Shown piece by piece: positions 1 through 12,900 of a DNA stretch of 55,488 nucleotides. Made by a program: the position numbers and the translations under genes. Origin of the DNA: Candidatus Buchananbacteria bacterium (GTDB lineage Bacteria; Patescibacteriota; Patescibacteriia; 2-01-FULL-39-33); contig CAIPBY010000086.1 in NCBI GenBank assembly GCA_903863425.1, positions 1-55,488 on the forward strand. The letters are read 5' to 3'. The notes beneath the pieces were generated by a model, which saw nothing but the letters and a program-made list of their open reading frames with translations, made no database searches and was not told where the DNA came from. Each line of letters opens with the position of its first letter. The stretch's first letter is position 1.

Positions 1-828
1 AATATTTGATTTATTACTGGATAAAAAATTATTCTTTGACACTACAGATCGTCCCAACTTTCTTTCGATCTGCTTTCTGGCGCTTCCGGCAATCTGACCG
101 GCGACTCTGGCATCCTCTTTCAATAAGGGCACTCCACGGGAATCATTCTTGCGATGAATCTCGGTCGTGGTCTGCTCTCCCAGCATAGCTAAAATCAATT
201 CCAAATCATCCATGTGATCGCGCAAATTCTCTCGCTTCAATCCCTTATGCTTTTTGTATTCTGCCGGTATCAAGCCAAAGGTGGCTTTGGATATTTCCGC
301 GGTCAGAATTTCATAATCTCTTTGTAATTCGGCTCCTCGCTTATCCCATTCATCTGTCAATTCGTTGCGGACAGCGATTCCCCGCATTCTTTTCTCAATC
401 CAGCTGTCGGGATAACCCTTTAATTTATAAAGTATTTTGGCGCGCTTTGAGGCCAACTCAGGATCTTCAATTTCTTGTATCCGCTCATAACCGACACGAG
501 CCAGCCAGCGTTTGAATGGTTCGGCCTTAGGCGAAGGGATGGACTGAATAATACGAAACATGCCCTCAGTGTTGGCACAGTCAGTTTCACGCATTTTGCC
601 GTCAGGGGCAAGTAATTTCAACTGTCGACAAATTGTCGACGGTTCAAAATTTTCTTCTTCTTTTACGCGAATTTTCATTTTATACCAATAATCTCTAGGA
701 TCTACACTGTCCGTCAATACACTTACCACATCCACAACCGAAAACCACCATTCTTTGTTATAAATAGTCTTTCTGATTGATTTGCCCTTGAATAAGGCAA
801 GGTGATTGTGGTCGATTATTTTTTTCAT
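1..828 (-). CDS. Bro-N domain / DinD-like (DNA-damage-inducible protein D family) protein; the 3' end runs off the window
   Basis: Absent from the ORF track because it has no stop codon in the window. My translation starts at the ATG on the complement of 826-828: MKKIIDHNHLALFKGKSIRKTIYNKEWWFSVVDVVSVLTDS...WIEKRMRGIAVRNELTDEWDKRG...HKGLKRENLRDHMDDLELILAMLGEQTT... It stays open in frame to nt 1 (276 codons). The N-terminal part looks like Bro-N, and the C-terminal half resembles E. coli DinD as I recall it. Confidence 0.7.
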   Translation of the reverse strand, partial: MKKIIDHNHLALFKGKSIRKTIYNKEWWFSVVDVVSVLTDSVDPRDYWYKMKIRVKEEENFEPSTICRQLKLLAPDGKMRETDCANTEGMFRIIQSIPSPKAEPFKRWLARVGYERIQEIEDPELASKRAKILYKLKGYPDSWIEKRMRGIAVRNELTDEWDKRGAELQRDYEILTAEISKATFGLIPAEYKKHKGLKRENLRDHMDDLELILAMLGEQTTTEIHRKNDSRGVPLLKEDARVAGQIAGSARKQIERKLGRSVVSKNNFLSSNKSNI

Positions 829-840
829 TTTACGGTTACA

Positions 841-951
841 CTAAACCCTTCCGCCCTACGGGCACCTTCCCTTTCGTAAAGGGGAGGAAACGCGATACTG
901 CCCCTCCCCGCATTTCTCCCTCCCTTTACGAAAGGGAGGGTTGGGGAGGGT
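841..951. repeat. Composite palindromic intergenic element with two near-identical hairpins
   Basis: CCTTCCCTTTCGTAAAGGGGAGG and CCCTCCCTTTACGAAAGGGAGGG are both 10-bp-stem hairpins. They are bracketed by TAAACCCT...AGGGTTTA. The element lies between the convergent ends of the DinD-like gene and the giant ORF. Confidence 0.7.
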
Positions 952-3900
952 TTAAGACTTCCCAAACAACTTTCCGATTGAAGTGAACAAATTATTTATC
1001 CAAGTGCCTATGGCAATTTCAACTTTATCAATAACATTCAATTGCTTTTGTTCGGAGGCGCCGGCGACACGAGGTTGGGATTGTTGGCTTGCGATTGATT
1101 TTGTAGCTGATTGATTACTTTTCGCGGAAGAAGCAGTCCAAGTGAAGTGCCAGCCATATTTTCCGACCTTGCTCTCATCACTATCTAATATAAGGGGTCT
1201 AGGATCATCAGTAGGAGTAATGGCGTACCACTTATTTGCACCCTTTTCTCTAACTTTAAGATAAAAAAGGTTATTTATGTAAAATATTTGATCATTACGA
1301 GCTACGGAGCCATTTTTATTAAAAATTCCAAATTCAGCCTCACTCCCTTCATTATCACAATTTAAAATCCAATGTCCTTGAGTGGCACTACCGTCTTTAT
1401 TAATTTTCATATTTACTCCTCTGCCACCACAACTGAGAATAAAAGTTTTACCATTAGTGCCAACAGTATCTCCATCATTAGAAGATCCAACAACATGACC
1501 GATCGTAAATTGGTCATAAACATCAGTCTGAGTCCGACCATCTTTGGCACACAATGATTTATCTTTATTTCCTGGATTTATATCCTTACACCAATTAATA
1601 CTACTATCGGGAGTAACCACGCCATGACCATCTAATTGTAAAGCCACAGTATCCCCAACTAAGACCGGACAAGCTGAATTAGTAGCCCAAGTATCACCAT
1701 TGCCTCTGCAACATACTCCAGATGGAGTGCAGGTCTTAGCCACATCTTTGGTATCATTTCTATTACCAACCGGGAGACTACCGCTAGCATCGCAAGTTCC
1801 GCAAAAGACATTTCCCCCTGTACATGTATACCCGTCATTTACACTACAATCAGTGGCACCACAAGATCCAGGATTTGTTTTTTGCCAAGTCGGTTTATTG
1901 GCAATTTTGGTACAATCAACGGTACCTCCACCACCACCTCCGCAAACTCCGGCAGTACAAGTTGGAGTAGGATCTGTGCAACCATTATCGCTTACGCAAG
2001 TCAAAGTACCACCACAACCGTCATCAAGTCCTGTGTCACAAATATTCTGATAATCCGTAGCACATGTCTTGAGATTAGGACAATTTTTGAGTGTACATTT
2101 ATTCGCGCCAGAACCATCACTACCGGCATGTCCATAACAGTTTGAATCACCATTAACTCCCTTATCACAAATTTCCTGTGGCGTATTCGTGACATTATCT
2201 CCACAAAAACTATAAGCCTGCGAATTCTTAGTACAACTAATAGGTTTACAATAATTAAATGTATCGCCAGCAAAACCCTTGGCATCGTCGTATTTATATG
2301 GACTATCAGTATTTATTAATAAACAAACAAACGGATTACCTCCAGTTAGCCAATTAGTACTATCAGTCCCGCAATCACACTTCTCATTATTAGGAGCATC
2401 AGATTGAAGGATACCATCTCCGCAAGAACCGGCGGCACACTTATTGTCGCAGGTGTTGGTAATATATAGACCGCTGGTATTTTCTACGCAGGTATTGGAA
2501 GGACCGGTGCAACCATAATGCTTAACCGGACATTTCTTTTTGCAAGAACCGCCCTCAGAATAACAGTAAACTGATGTAACACCATCGCTACTACATATTT
2601 CCCTATGGTTGGTACAATTTGTCGAAACGCTACACGATTCTACTGTAAGTTTTTTACAGTCACCAGTACACATGGCGCCTCCATCACATTCCTCATAAAC
2701 ACCGGCCGAATTTGGCGTATCTGTCTGGCCATCCCCGCAAAAATGATCTGGCAGAGGATGTATTCCATTATCCTCGCATTGTACATCACAACTAGGTGGA
2801 TTTTGCGAGCAATCTGGAGTTGATGGTTTTATATGAGCATTATCGCCACAAGGATTTGTATTATTTACGCAACTATTATCTGTATATGTACCGCATTTCC
2901 CTATCCAATGATCAACGATTTTACAACTATTACTGCAATGATCATTATCCACAGCATTACCGTCATCACATTCTTCACCACCATCTCCATCTCTATTACT
3001 ATCTCCGCAATATCTATAAGCTATATTATCTGTAAAGCCACTGCAGGTACTATTGCAACTACTATATTTCTGGCCTTTCTTGCTGTTATCATATAATGCG
3101 TTTGGAGTAGACGGTGGTGTACCATTGCCATTATAAGTCACGCAAGGTTTCGCCATCATTGATAACTCATTCTGATTCTGAAGCGTTATACTCCCCCATG
3201 TGCTTCCACAATCGCATTTCTCGCCGAATCTTGCCATAGTATCTGGCCTGTCTAGGCCTTCCACTTTGCCGTTACCGCAAGTCATGGGTTGGCAAGTCTC
3301 TTGGCAGGTGCGAGCGGTCTCAGACCGAACAGAATCGCAAGCAACTTCCGTGTAAAAATCATATAAACCTGAATTGCCTGATCTGCTGGCGGGCGCATAT
3401 ATTATTTCACAAGTATTAGTTAAATTCGCGCACCTGCCTTGTCCCGGATTTTCCGCTCCCTCTGTACAATCACGTTGTATCGGCGGGTCTCCTCCTATGC
3501 ATTTACCCTGGCAAACGCCAGTCGTCTTAGAACAATTGCCATCGGGTGTTTGACCGAGTAGTAAACAACTTGGCGTAAGGTCGCTACAATTTGTTGCTGT
3601 ACCATCACCACATGTGACGAAGCTTACCTGCTGGCACTGATGGTCACTGCCGGGAAGCTCGCAACAGCTAGGGAGACCGCAGGTAGGAACCAGAGGATTA
3701 CCCCTCTTAAATTCACATGTCTCAGGAGGAGTGAAAATCCCATCTCCGCAGACAACCTGGGGATCTTCTCCTTGGCAAGCAAATCCAGTTGTGCATTGAC
3801 AGCTAGCCGAACAACCGCTGTTGCCTTCTCCATTTTGCTTTCCCTTGCAAGTTCTTATATCGCCTGTACCGCAATCACATTCCTCGTGCGGTCCTTTAAT

Positions 3901-6900
3901 TCCATCACCGCAGACATTGAGATCCTGGCAGGTGCTAAATTTAAAATCTGCCCCCAGATTAAATACGGCAGGAGTAGGGGTGGATTCACAGCTGAGACCG
4001 GAACCGAAACCGCATCCGCAATCTATCCAGCAGGATTTGCAATCTTCGGGGGATCCGTTGATAACCGCTTTATGTTGAGCGGCAAAGTTATTAGCAATAA
4101 GAGAATAAACTCCATTAGCAGGCGGGTTTTGCAAACCATCATTGCAATATCCATCACCGCAATTTATATCAGCTCTATTGAAAGCTTCAGGATGATACCC
4201 GCCAAAAGGATTATATCTCATCAAATTCACACTCTCCCAAGTCGGTCTCCATTTATCTCCATTGGCATCAAATTCTCCATGGGCAAATAAACCATATCCC
4301 GTGCCATTCATCAGGGCGCTATAGAAATAAACCGAGGAACTGGATTGTATAGAGCTGAACATAGTCGAGCTGGCCACATTCCAGCAAGTGCCCGAATCGA
4401 ATGGCGAGACACAGCCGAATAACCTGTTTATCGGATCAACCGGCAAGCCGAAGCCCAGAAGCTTGGATAAATTATCCTGCCAAGACGGCCAAACACTGAA
4501 AGTTCTATTGGGAATATAAGTGCCGGAAGAAAGATTAGGATAATAATTGGAGCAAGTGCCTCCGCCGTAGCAATCATGGCCGTCATTGCACAATCTGTAC
4601 TGATCATTACTGCATCTCTTCTTATTATAAAAACTATTCAATAAATAATTCACATCCTGGATGTCGGAGAGACGCTTGGTATCGCGAGTCAAGCTGGCCT
4701 TGGAAGAACTGCAGTAGCCCGCGCCCAAGCTATGGCAATCGGAATCACTCAAGCATGGAGGCTGGAAGCCATTACTACAAACAGAAGATTTAGCAGATAT
4801 CAGGACGCAAGTGCCCAAGTCCTGCTTCAAAGCCGGCTGATCGTTGTATTTCCAATCACAATCGGAATTAACTTTGCAAGCATATTTGATGGCGCCACTG
4901 CACAAACCGATGCTTTCGTCCAATCCGCCATTGGCTTTGGTGCCGGCATTGAAACGCCAATTATTCACCATTTGATTGCAGATACTGACGGCATTGGCAT
5001 TAGCGCCCTCGCTATATGACATCAAGAAAATATCACCGAAAATATTGCCTGCAATAGATTCAGTTGGCGTAGTAGTATTTATGTCCGTGGCATTGGCATA
5101 AACCGTTCGCCCGACACTGATGGCATCATAATCGTCTATGGATAATCCCTGGACGCCGGAAGCTCCATTGAAAGTATTGCTATACCAATAATACGGCGAA
5201 TAATGATTGTTGTTGGTCATCACCCTGATGCCGATGGCATCACTGTTGTAGGAATAAAGCTTGAGGTTATAAATAGTTAAATTGGAATCAACTGGTGGTG
5301 CATAACAATCATTAGTCCAATGCATAATTATCTTGTGCGGGCCGTTGGTCAAATCAAATGAAGCGGTGCGAGTGGTCTGAGGGTCATCGGGATTAGTCGC
5401 TATCGGAGTAATCGTATCAATTAAATTACTTTCTGATGTAGTAGCATCCACATATACCTCTACGTTGTGATAAACCTTATTGTCGGTAGTCGTGCAATTA
5501 CCCAGACCACTTCCAGTTAATGGATAAGTTATATTACTGTCATTAGAAGTTTCCAAAGTTAAATTGTACTGTCCAGCCGTGGTAGTGCCAAGATTGAAGG
5601 TAACTTCAGAACCAATAGCAGCATCCCAGTCTCCGTACTGAACTAATCCTCCAAGAGTACTGCTAAATTGGACTTTATATTTATTAGTTGATGCCGTATA
5701 AAATATAGCCTCACTCCCCAACAAAAATTGAACCGGAAATTGGTTATTGGAAATAAACAAGAAATCCTTCACTTTGCGGTCGCAAGTCTTCTCAAATTCA
5801 TTATTGGCTGAATAATTTATGCCATCAAATGATTTATAACTCTTCTGGCCATCCCACAAAATTATATTATTGCCTTCAACATAACCCACATCTGGGTTGA
5901 AGTTGGCGGGCAAGCCGTTAATGACAGTAGGACGATCGACAGCCACCCAACCAGGATTATTCTGATATAATTTACCGCTTCTATCCCACATCTGAGCATC
6001 TATTCCAGCATCTATTCCAGTTTTATAATAAGCGACCGCAGGAACAACTTTATTCGCAGACATATCTTTAACAATGTCTACTAATGCCCAGCTGGTCCCG
6101 CTAGGATAATGCGTGCCCTTACCGAATGCATCCCATAAACTAATTATACCCCCTGCTCCTGGATGATAATACCCGCCATAAGGTCTAAATCCTTTGGGCA
6201 GTCCTTTGGATATTGTAGCTGTATTTTTTGTCCACCTCTCATTAGCGCCAACAGCATGAGAATACTCATACATATTCCCATCATAATCCCAAAGCTGAAC
6301 TACTTTATTTGTGTCATCATAATACCCTACGGTCGGACCGAAATTCGGTGGCAAGCCCTTCTCGGCCAAAGCGCCTCGAGAAACCAGAAGCCAGCCCGTA
6401 TTACTGCTCGCATAAACCACACCACTAGCATTCCAAAGATAAGTCGTAGAAGACGCGCCGTCGTAATACCCTACTCTAGGTGTGAAATCATTGGGAAGAT
6501 TAGGACAAGTCGAAGTGCCCAAGCCGGATACGGCCGCTTTCCAACTGCTGGAAGCGTTATTGTACGAGCCGATGGCTGGCAGATCATCCGCGGTATAGAG
6601 CTGACAGCTTCCACCCGAACAATCCGCATTGGTTTTGCAAGCACTGCCACCGTTGGTACCACCCACACAGACATCCATGGTCCCGGCATCACGGCAATAC
6701 CAAGTTTCGAAGTTAGTATTCACGCATCCGCCATAAGCGCAATTGTCGGCAGAATCCGAGAACAGAGGATTCCTCGTGCCCGGCCAAGGATTCTTGCAGA
6801 ACATGATTCTAATATCCACGGTGGTGCTGGCTCGAGATGATATATTGTCGCCAATTCCGCTTCTAATTCCGTTATTAGCATTTATATATAATTGAGAGCG

Positions 6901-9900
6901 CCCCTGATTAACTCCGCCGGTAATCCAACTGCCTCCGTTGTAGAAAGTAGACGAACTGAATTCTGCCCTAGCCGTTCCCACATTATATGGAACAGACACC
7001 AGAGAGAAATTACTGAAATTAGCTCTGACTAAATAATTCTTGGGGGCGGAGGTATAAGCCCAAGCTCGATACAAATGCTGGTTGCCATCCCTGAATCCGG
7101 AAGGAGTGCTGGTTATCTGATAATTGGGATTCCAAGGAGCCGAAACATCATCATCATAAGCATCATTGGGAGTGTCTAAGCCACAATTCTCTCCTTTGCA
7201 GAAGAAAGCATCTACATTTTTGACTTCGCCTTTGGGCCAAGCGTTGACATCGACATTTTTGATAGAGCAAGTACTGGTCGTAGTCTTGTAGTCATAATCC
7301 CTCGGCTCGGAATAAGTCCTAATAGCTTGGGTCGTAGTTGCCACCATGCCGGAGATATCATCCTGCGCATACAAGACGACCACTCGATAAGGCGTGCCTG
7401 TGGCCCAATCATCACTGCGGGTATAATTTATGACTCTTCTATCGCCAGGATCAGGATAAGCAATGATACGGTTGTTCGGCGTAGTGCTATCAATAGTCGT
7501 AGTGGCCTCATAATTGCCCAGATCAATTGAATGAAGCTTTACAGAATCATACTGCTCGTTGGAAATTCTGCACCAATAATTCTCAGCAATAGCAAATCTG
7601 ATGCCCAAGAAATCTCTAAGTACAATTTTCACTTTTCTGACTATTTTTTGGAAAAACGAGAAAGAAGTGAAAGAGTCGGTGGTGGTATTGCATAAACTTG
7701 CATTCGGATTTGAACTGCTGACAGCGCCTTTGTAAATGTTTACCGTCGAGGAACTGATGGAATTCTCCAGCGAGATCTGCCAAATTCCATTGGGGCAAGG
7801 ATTAATGTTAATTTTTGCCGGCTCGCAGATTTCAGGATTCTGAGCCACATTAAATGTCCAGGAATAATAATTATTCTGACCGTTTTCAATGACGCCATTA
7901 CCGCAAGTGGGCGAAGCAGATCCTTCCCACAGACAACCATTTACTCCGCTTTCCGTTCCCTTGCAACCGTCACCGCTAACCACCTTTCCATCATCGCATT
8001 GCTCCCCTTTCTCCACCTTGCCATTACCACAAACCGGGACACTAGGCTGTGAACCAGTAAGTAGGTTTGTACCATTCAAGCATTTTCCGGTATTACAGCT
8101 GCCACTTAAACAATCTGAATTAGTACCGCAAGTGACAATATTGCAAAAATCGGAATTATCGGAAGTCGAAGAGCAAACACCAATTCCTTTGCCAAAATTA
8201 GAAGCATGATCTACTCCTCTCTGCCAAAGGCAAGTATTGGAATCACATTTATTGCTTGTATTTAAGGCTGAAGTGCCAAAATCACACTCCTCGCCTTTTT
8301 CTAAGCAAAGCCCGTTGATACACTTACCTTTATTGCAATCACTGTCTTTCGTGCAAGTTCCGCCGTTTCCGCAAAGCGAACCGTATTTATTCTTATTTGA
8401 TCCTTCAAATAAACAATTTGAACTGCAACTATCACCATTTACAATATTGCCATCATCACATTCCTCACCTGGTTCAACTTTGCCATTTCCGCAAGAAGCG
8501 AGATTCTTATTGCCTTTATTGTGACAATTAACATCACAATAGGTCGTGCCTATGGTTGAGGTAGTGCATTCTTCAAATCTGGTTCCGCATAAACTAATAT
8601 CGTTTAATTTACAGGTAGTAGCACTGCAAACTCCAGATAAAGTATTCCACGGATAAGTGCTGGATTCACAAGCTTCACCGGCAGTATTATTTGATAACTT
8701 AAAATTCAAATCGGTCAAACCATCGCCCGCCCAAGAAACAACTCCGCCGACTCCGCCTTGAACCGTCACTCGATACTTGCCTGCTAATAGTCCAGAAGTA
8801 GTGGCAACCATTAAATTGGAAAACTTAGGGTTAGGGTTATTGGTATATTCAAATGTATTAAGGCTAACTGGATAAAGTCCTCTAAGAGCTACGCTTGAAA
8901 GAGAGGCAGACCTATTACAATCTGGGTTATCACACTTCCATAGATTTATATTCTTCTGTAAAATCATTGAAGTACTCGATGCCTGATCGCTGAAATATAA
9001 TTTAACATCCGGATTACTGCAACTGGTGTCATTCGGAAAATGAGCATCAATGCTGAAATTACCCGTGCCAACCTTCAATTGTCCGGAACTGGACACATCC
9101 TGGCCATTGTATCCGTTTGTCTCCGTTCCGTCAGGGCTACTACTTAATGCTCTGGCTTTGATATTGACTATCGGGCCTTCGGCAATACCCCAAACCATCA
9201 CTTGATTGATAAGAGGATTGGCGTATGAAGCGCAAGGAGTGCTGGTAGCACTCTCATTGCAAATATCGGCAACTTTAATGCTTGTGCCTCCATAATTAGA
9301 ATCGAGAGAATTGCCCAAATTAGCTGCGTCATCAGACAAATTAAATAATGAGCGCCAATTCCATTTGAAAGAATTCGGATTCAAGACGGTGCCGATATTG
9401 TTGGATATGCCGGAATTATCCATGTTGCAATTATAAGGTATGGCCGTGTATTTCTCGCCGAGAGGCACAAAAGGCATATAATAATTATACGGGGAGACAT
9501 TGATATACTGTATTTTGCACAAACTGCTTCCTGTCTTGAAGTACCAATAGTAATCGGGCGGATCAATCTGGTCGGGGAAATTAGTAAAATCAGTATTATA
9601 AATTCCTTGGGGCAATTCAACTGAAGATCCCGGGGTTGTACTAGCTGAATGCACTCCCTCATTATAGGCGGGAACGAGGGAATCATTACCCAAGACAATG
9701 ACGCGATACCAGATATTGGGAACTAATTTTTGTCCGCTCGGAGGATAAGCAAAAAATCCTTCGGGAGTATTGGAGGCATTGGGATCTTGCTCCAAATCAA
9801 TCATACTCACCTCGGGGTGGCTGTAAGAGAATATTTCCACTGGCCAATTTTCTTGAGTTATGCATTCTCCTCCGGTTATAGGAGAAGAGGTGGCGCTTGA

Positions 9901-12900
9901 GGTGGCACTAGTACATTTTTGAATAATAATATTGGGATGAGTGGTAGTGGGAAGACTTCCAGGCATTAAAGAAGGATCATACATATCCAAATTAAACCTG
10001 CCCAACACTGCCGCATTCAAGCAGACATCAGTCGCTTCCTTCCAAGGACTAGGACTAGGCGTGGTGCTGGCATTGCAAACACGCTCTTCCAAGATATAAG
10101 GATCGGTGAAGTTGTTTTTTACTACACAAGTAGCCGACTTGCCCGAAACTACCAAAGTAGAGTTGATAGTGGTTGTCTGCAAGCCGTCATAAATAGTCTC
10201 ACCTTTGGCCGTGCTGGTTTGCTGAGGATCTTTAAAAGAATCTGTACCGGGAATAAATTTTCCTAATACTGCGTCCCATTTATTATCATCATTATTAGTA
10301 ATATCCTCCCTATTTCCAGCCGGCTGAGATACGCTCCAATTCCAATTATAATCCCACGGATTGAGCATTAAGCAGACATTATCCTTGCTATCAAGGTCAG
10401 CGTTATTTTGATTTTCATCGCCATAATATCCTCCTCTAGTAGGATTCGGTGTACAAGTCGGACAACCCTCTTTGCACTTGAAGTTAGGATCTTCGTCGGA
10501 TCTAGTCTGGAAATTCCAGCAATAAGCAATGGTACTAGAATCAGCAGTAAAAGCTCCGACAGCGCAATTTCTATTAACCAAAGCCGGGAAATAATTTGGG
10601 TAGCCTCTCTTGAGCCATTGCCCTCCATTGCTCTTTATCGAGTCCGTGAGAATCACTTTGTATACAGTAGAGGACTCTAAATCTCCCACGCCGATTTTCA
10701 ATTGTTTACAGCCACCATCAACCGAAACACAATCCTCCGGAACCAAACTAGAAATAGTGGTCGTCTGCCAGGTCGAGACGCTACCGGCATTTTGATCCAA
10801 TTCCATATTATAAATAACCAAATTCGAATCCCAAATCATGTTTTGGGTCGTTGCATCCTTATAGCCACAGTCATTCACCCATTTGAGAATGAGATCATGA
10901 GCACCCGCCTGTATATTGAATGATCCGGAAGTAGAAGTGGCCTTATTATCTGGCATAACAGCCTGAGCGGAAATGCTTCCAACTTTATTTGTAAGATTAT
11001 CCACATAAATATCTATGTCATGATAGACTTTTTTATTACCATCATCACCTCGATAGCATTGATCAGGGGCAAACTGGCCAAAATTCGGTATATTACTATT
11101 AACACAATTAGAAATATCCCCTGTCCCGCAAGTACTGACGGTATTGGAGGTCTTCAGGGACAGTTTATATTCGCCATCCACAGTCGTAGTCACATGATAG
11201 GTGACATAATTATCCGGGCGACTTTCGTTAAAATCTGTAAGCTCTTTAATTGCATTCCCCTCTTTTGAAATCATTTTTGCGTCAGCCGGAAAAGTTCCTG
11301 CGCTACCATTGTCCGTCCAAGACGATTGCCAATCTTGAGTGCTTGTTGTCCCCCTATACACTCTGACCGAGCCGGTTGCCGTGCTAGTCGTAAATGAACT
11401 CGGGAGCATATACTGGCTGAATCTAACGGAGATAATGGCGTTGGCGCAAGCCCAAGGATTCAATACTCCGGGATGAGAAATATTCGACCAACCCTCGCTA
11501 GCTGAAGGAGTAGAACTAGGCAGATACCAAGGACTCGGACTAGGCAGTCGATCATTGGGATCACAGCTCGGATCACGGTTGCAATCCTCGATAACATGAG
11601 GCGCATCACCGGGAAGATTGGCTTGCATGGTAAAAGCCCAAGAGAAGATGGCTTGAGTGGCTTGAGTCGCCGGAGTGTAGCAGGCGTCAGAGACAACTTG
11701 ACACTCGGTCCAACGACCGCTACGACAATATTGCTTGCTGGGGCAATTGCCCTCATCAGAACAACTCTTTTCTTCGCCTTCCGTAGTACAAGTGGGAGGA
11801 GCCACGCAAGTACAAGCCGGATATAAAAAGGATAATTCATTTATTCTTAAATTATTACCAGAAATAGCGCCTGAATCATTGGACGTACCAAGAGTCGTTT
11901 TATTAAAAGTAACCACTGAACCGTCAGCTTTCCTGCCAATAGAAGCGGGAGGAACGACGCCACTGGCATAAGTAATAGTATCAACAGCCGAAAAATCATC
12001 TTTGACTAATTTAATTTTGCCATTCTGTAAAGGCAAGAAAGAATTGCCGAGAACTTTCTGATCAATTATTTTATAATCTTGCGAAGCAATTGTCCCGCTA
12101 AGAAATTTGGTATTGTATAGACTCGAAATCTCTGCCTCCGTAAGCGCTTTGTTAAAAATCCTGACATCATCAAGTTTGCCATCCAGTCTCCAAAATGGAT
12201 CACACCATGACCCATCTGTAGGGCAAAGAATATTATCACCGATTATGCCACCAAGAGCAAAATTTAAGCCATGCTGATTATTAATTAAATAATTTACTGG
12301 CAAAGGAAGCGTACCGGCCAACTCTCCATCAACATAAATCTTAATGGTATGAGGCGAAGTAGTTTCATCATAAACCCCGGCCAAATGAAACCAACGATGA
12401 TTGGCTGAATCACTATAAAGATAACGCTCCCGCGAGATGACGGCTTGCTTTTGATATGGATCGTTTTTACCAAAAACCATAAAACTAAATCTTTCATCTG
12501 GTCGATAAACCAAGCCAATAATATATCCGCTCCCTCGGCTGATTAATGAATACTCTCTGCCTGCTGTTGAGGTAGTCGGAAAAAACCAAGTGGAAAAAGT
12601 AAAACTGTAATCTGTCGAGGTAACAACACCAGCAACATCACCTTTTACATAAGCTGGCACAAACGATTTAGCCGGAGTATTTAAATCTGGCTTGAATTGC
12701 AAGCAAAAGCCGAACTTGCCATCGGCCTTAAAATCAGGGTTATTCGCTTGAGTAATAACAAGGCTGGAACTTGCCGGCGCGTTAGGAGCTGAATTAGCCA
12801 GTGAATTATTATCAAAGGCATAATGCATGACCAAATTATCGGTTTTAGCTGGAGTGTTGGAAGAGACCAAGCCATAGTTCGATAAATCAATGCTTGCCGA

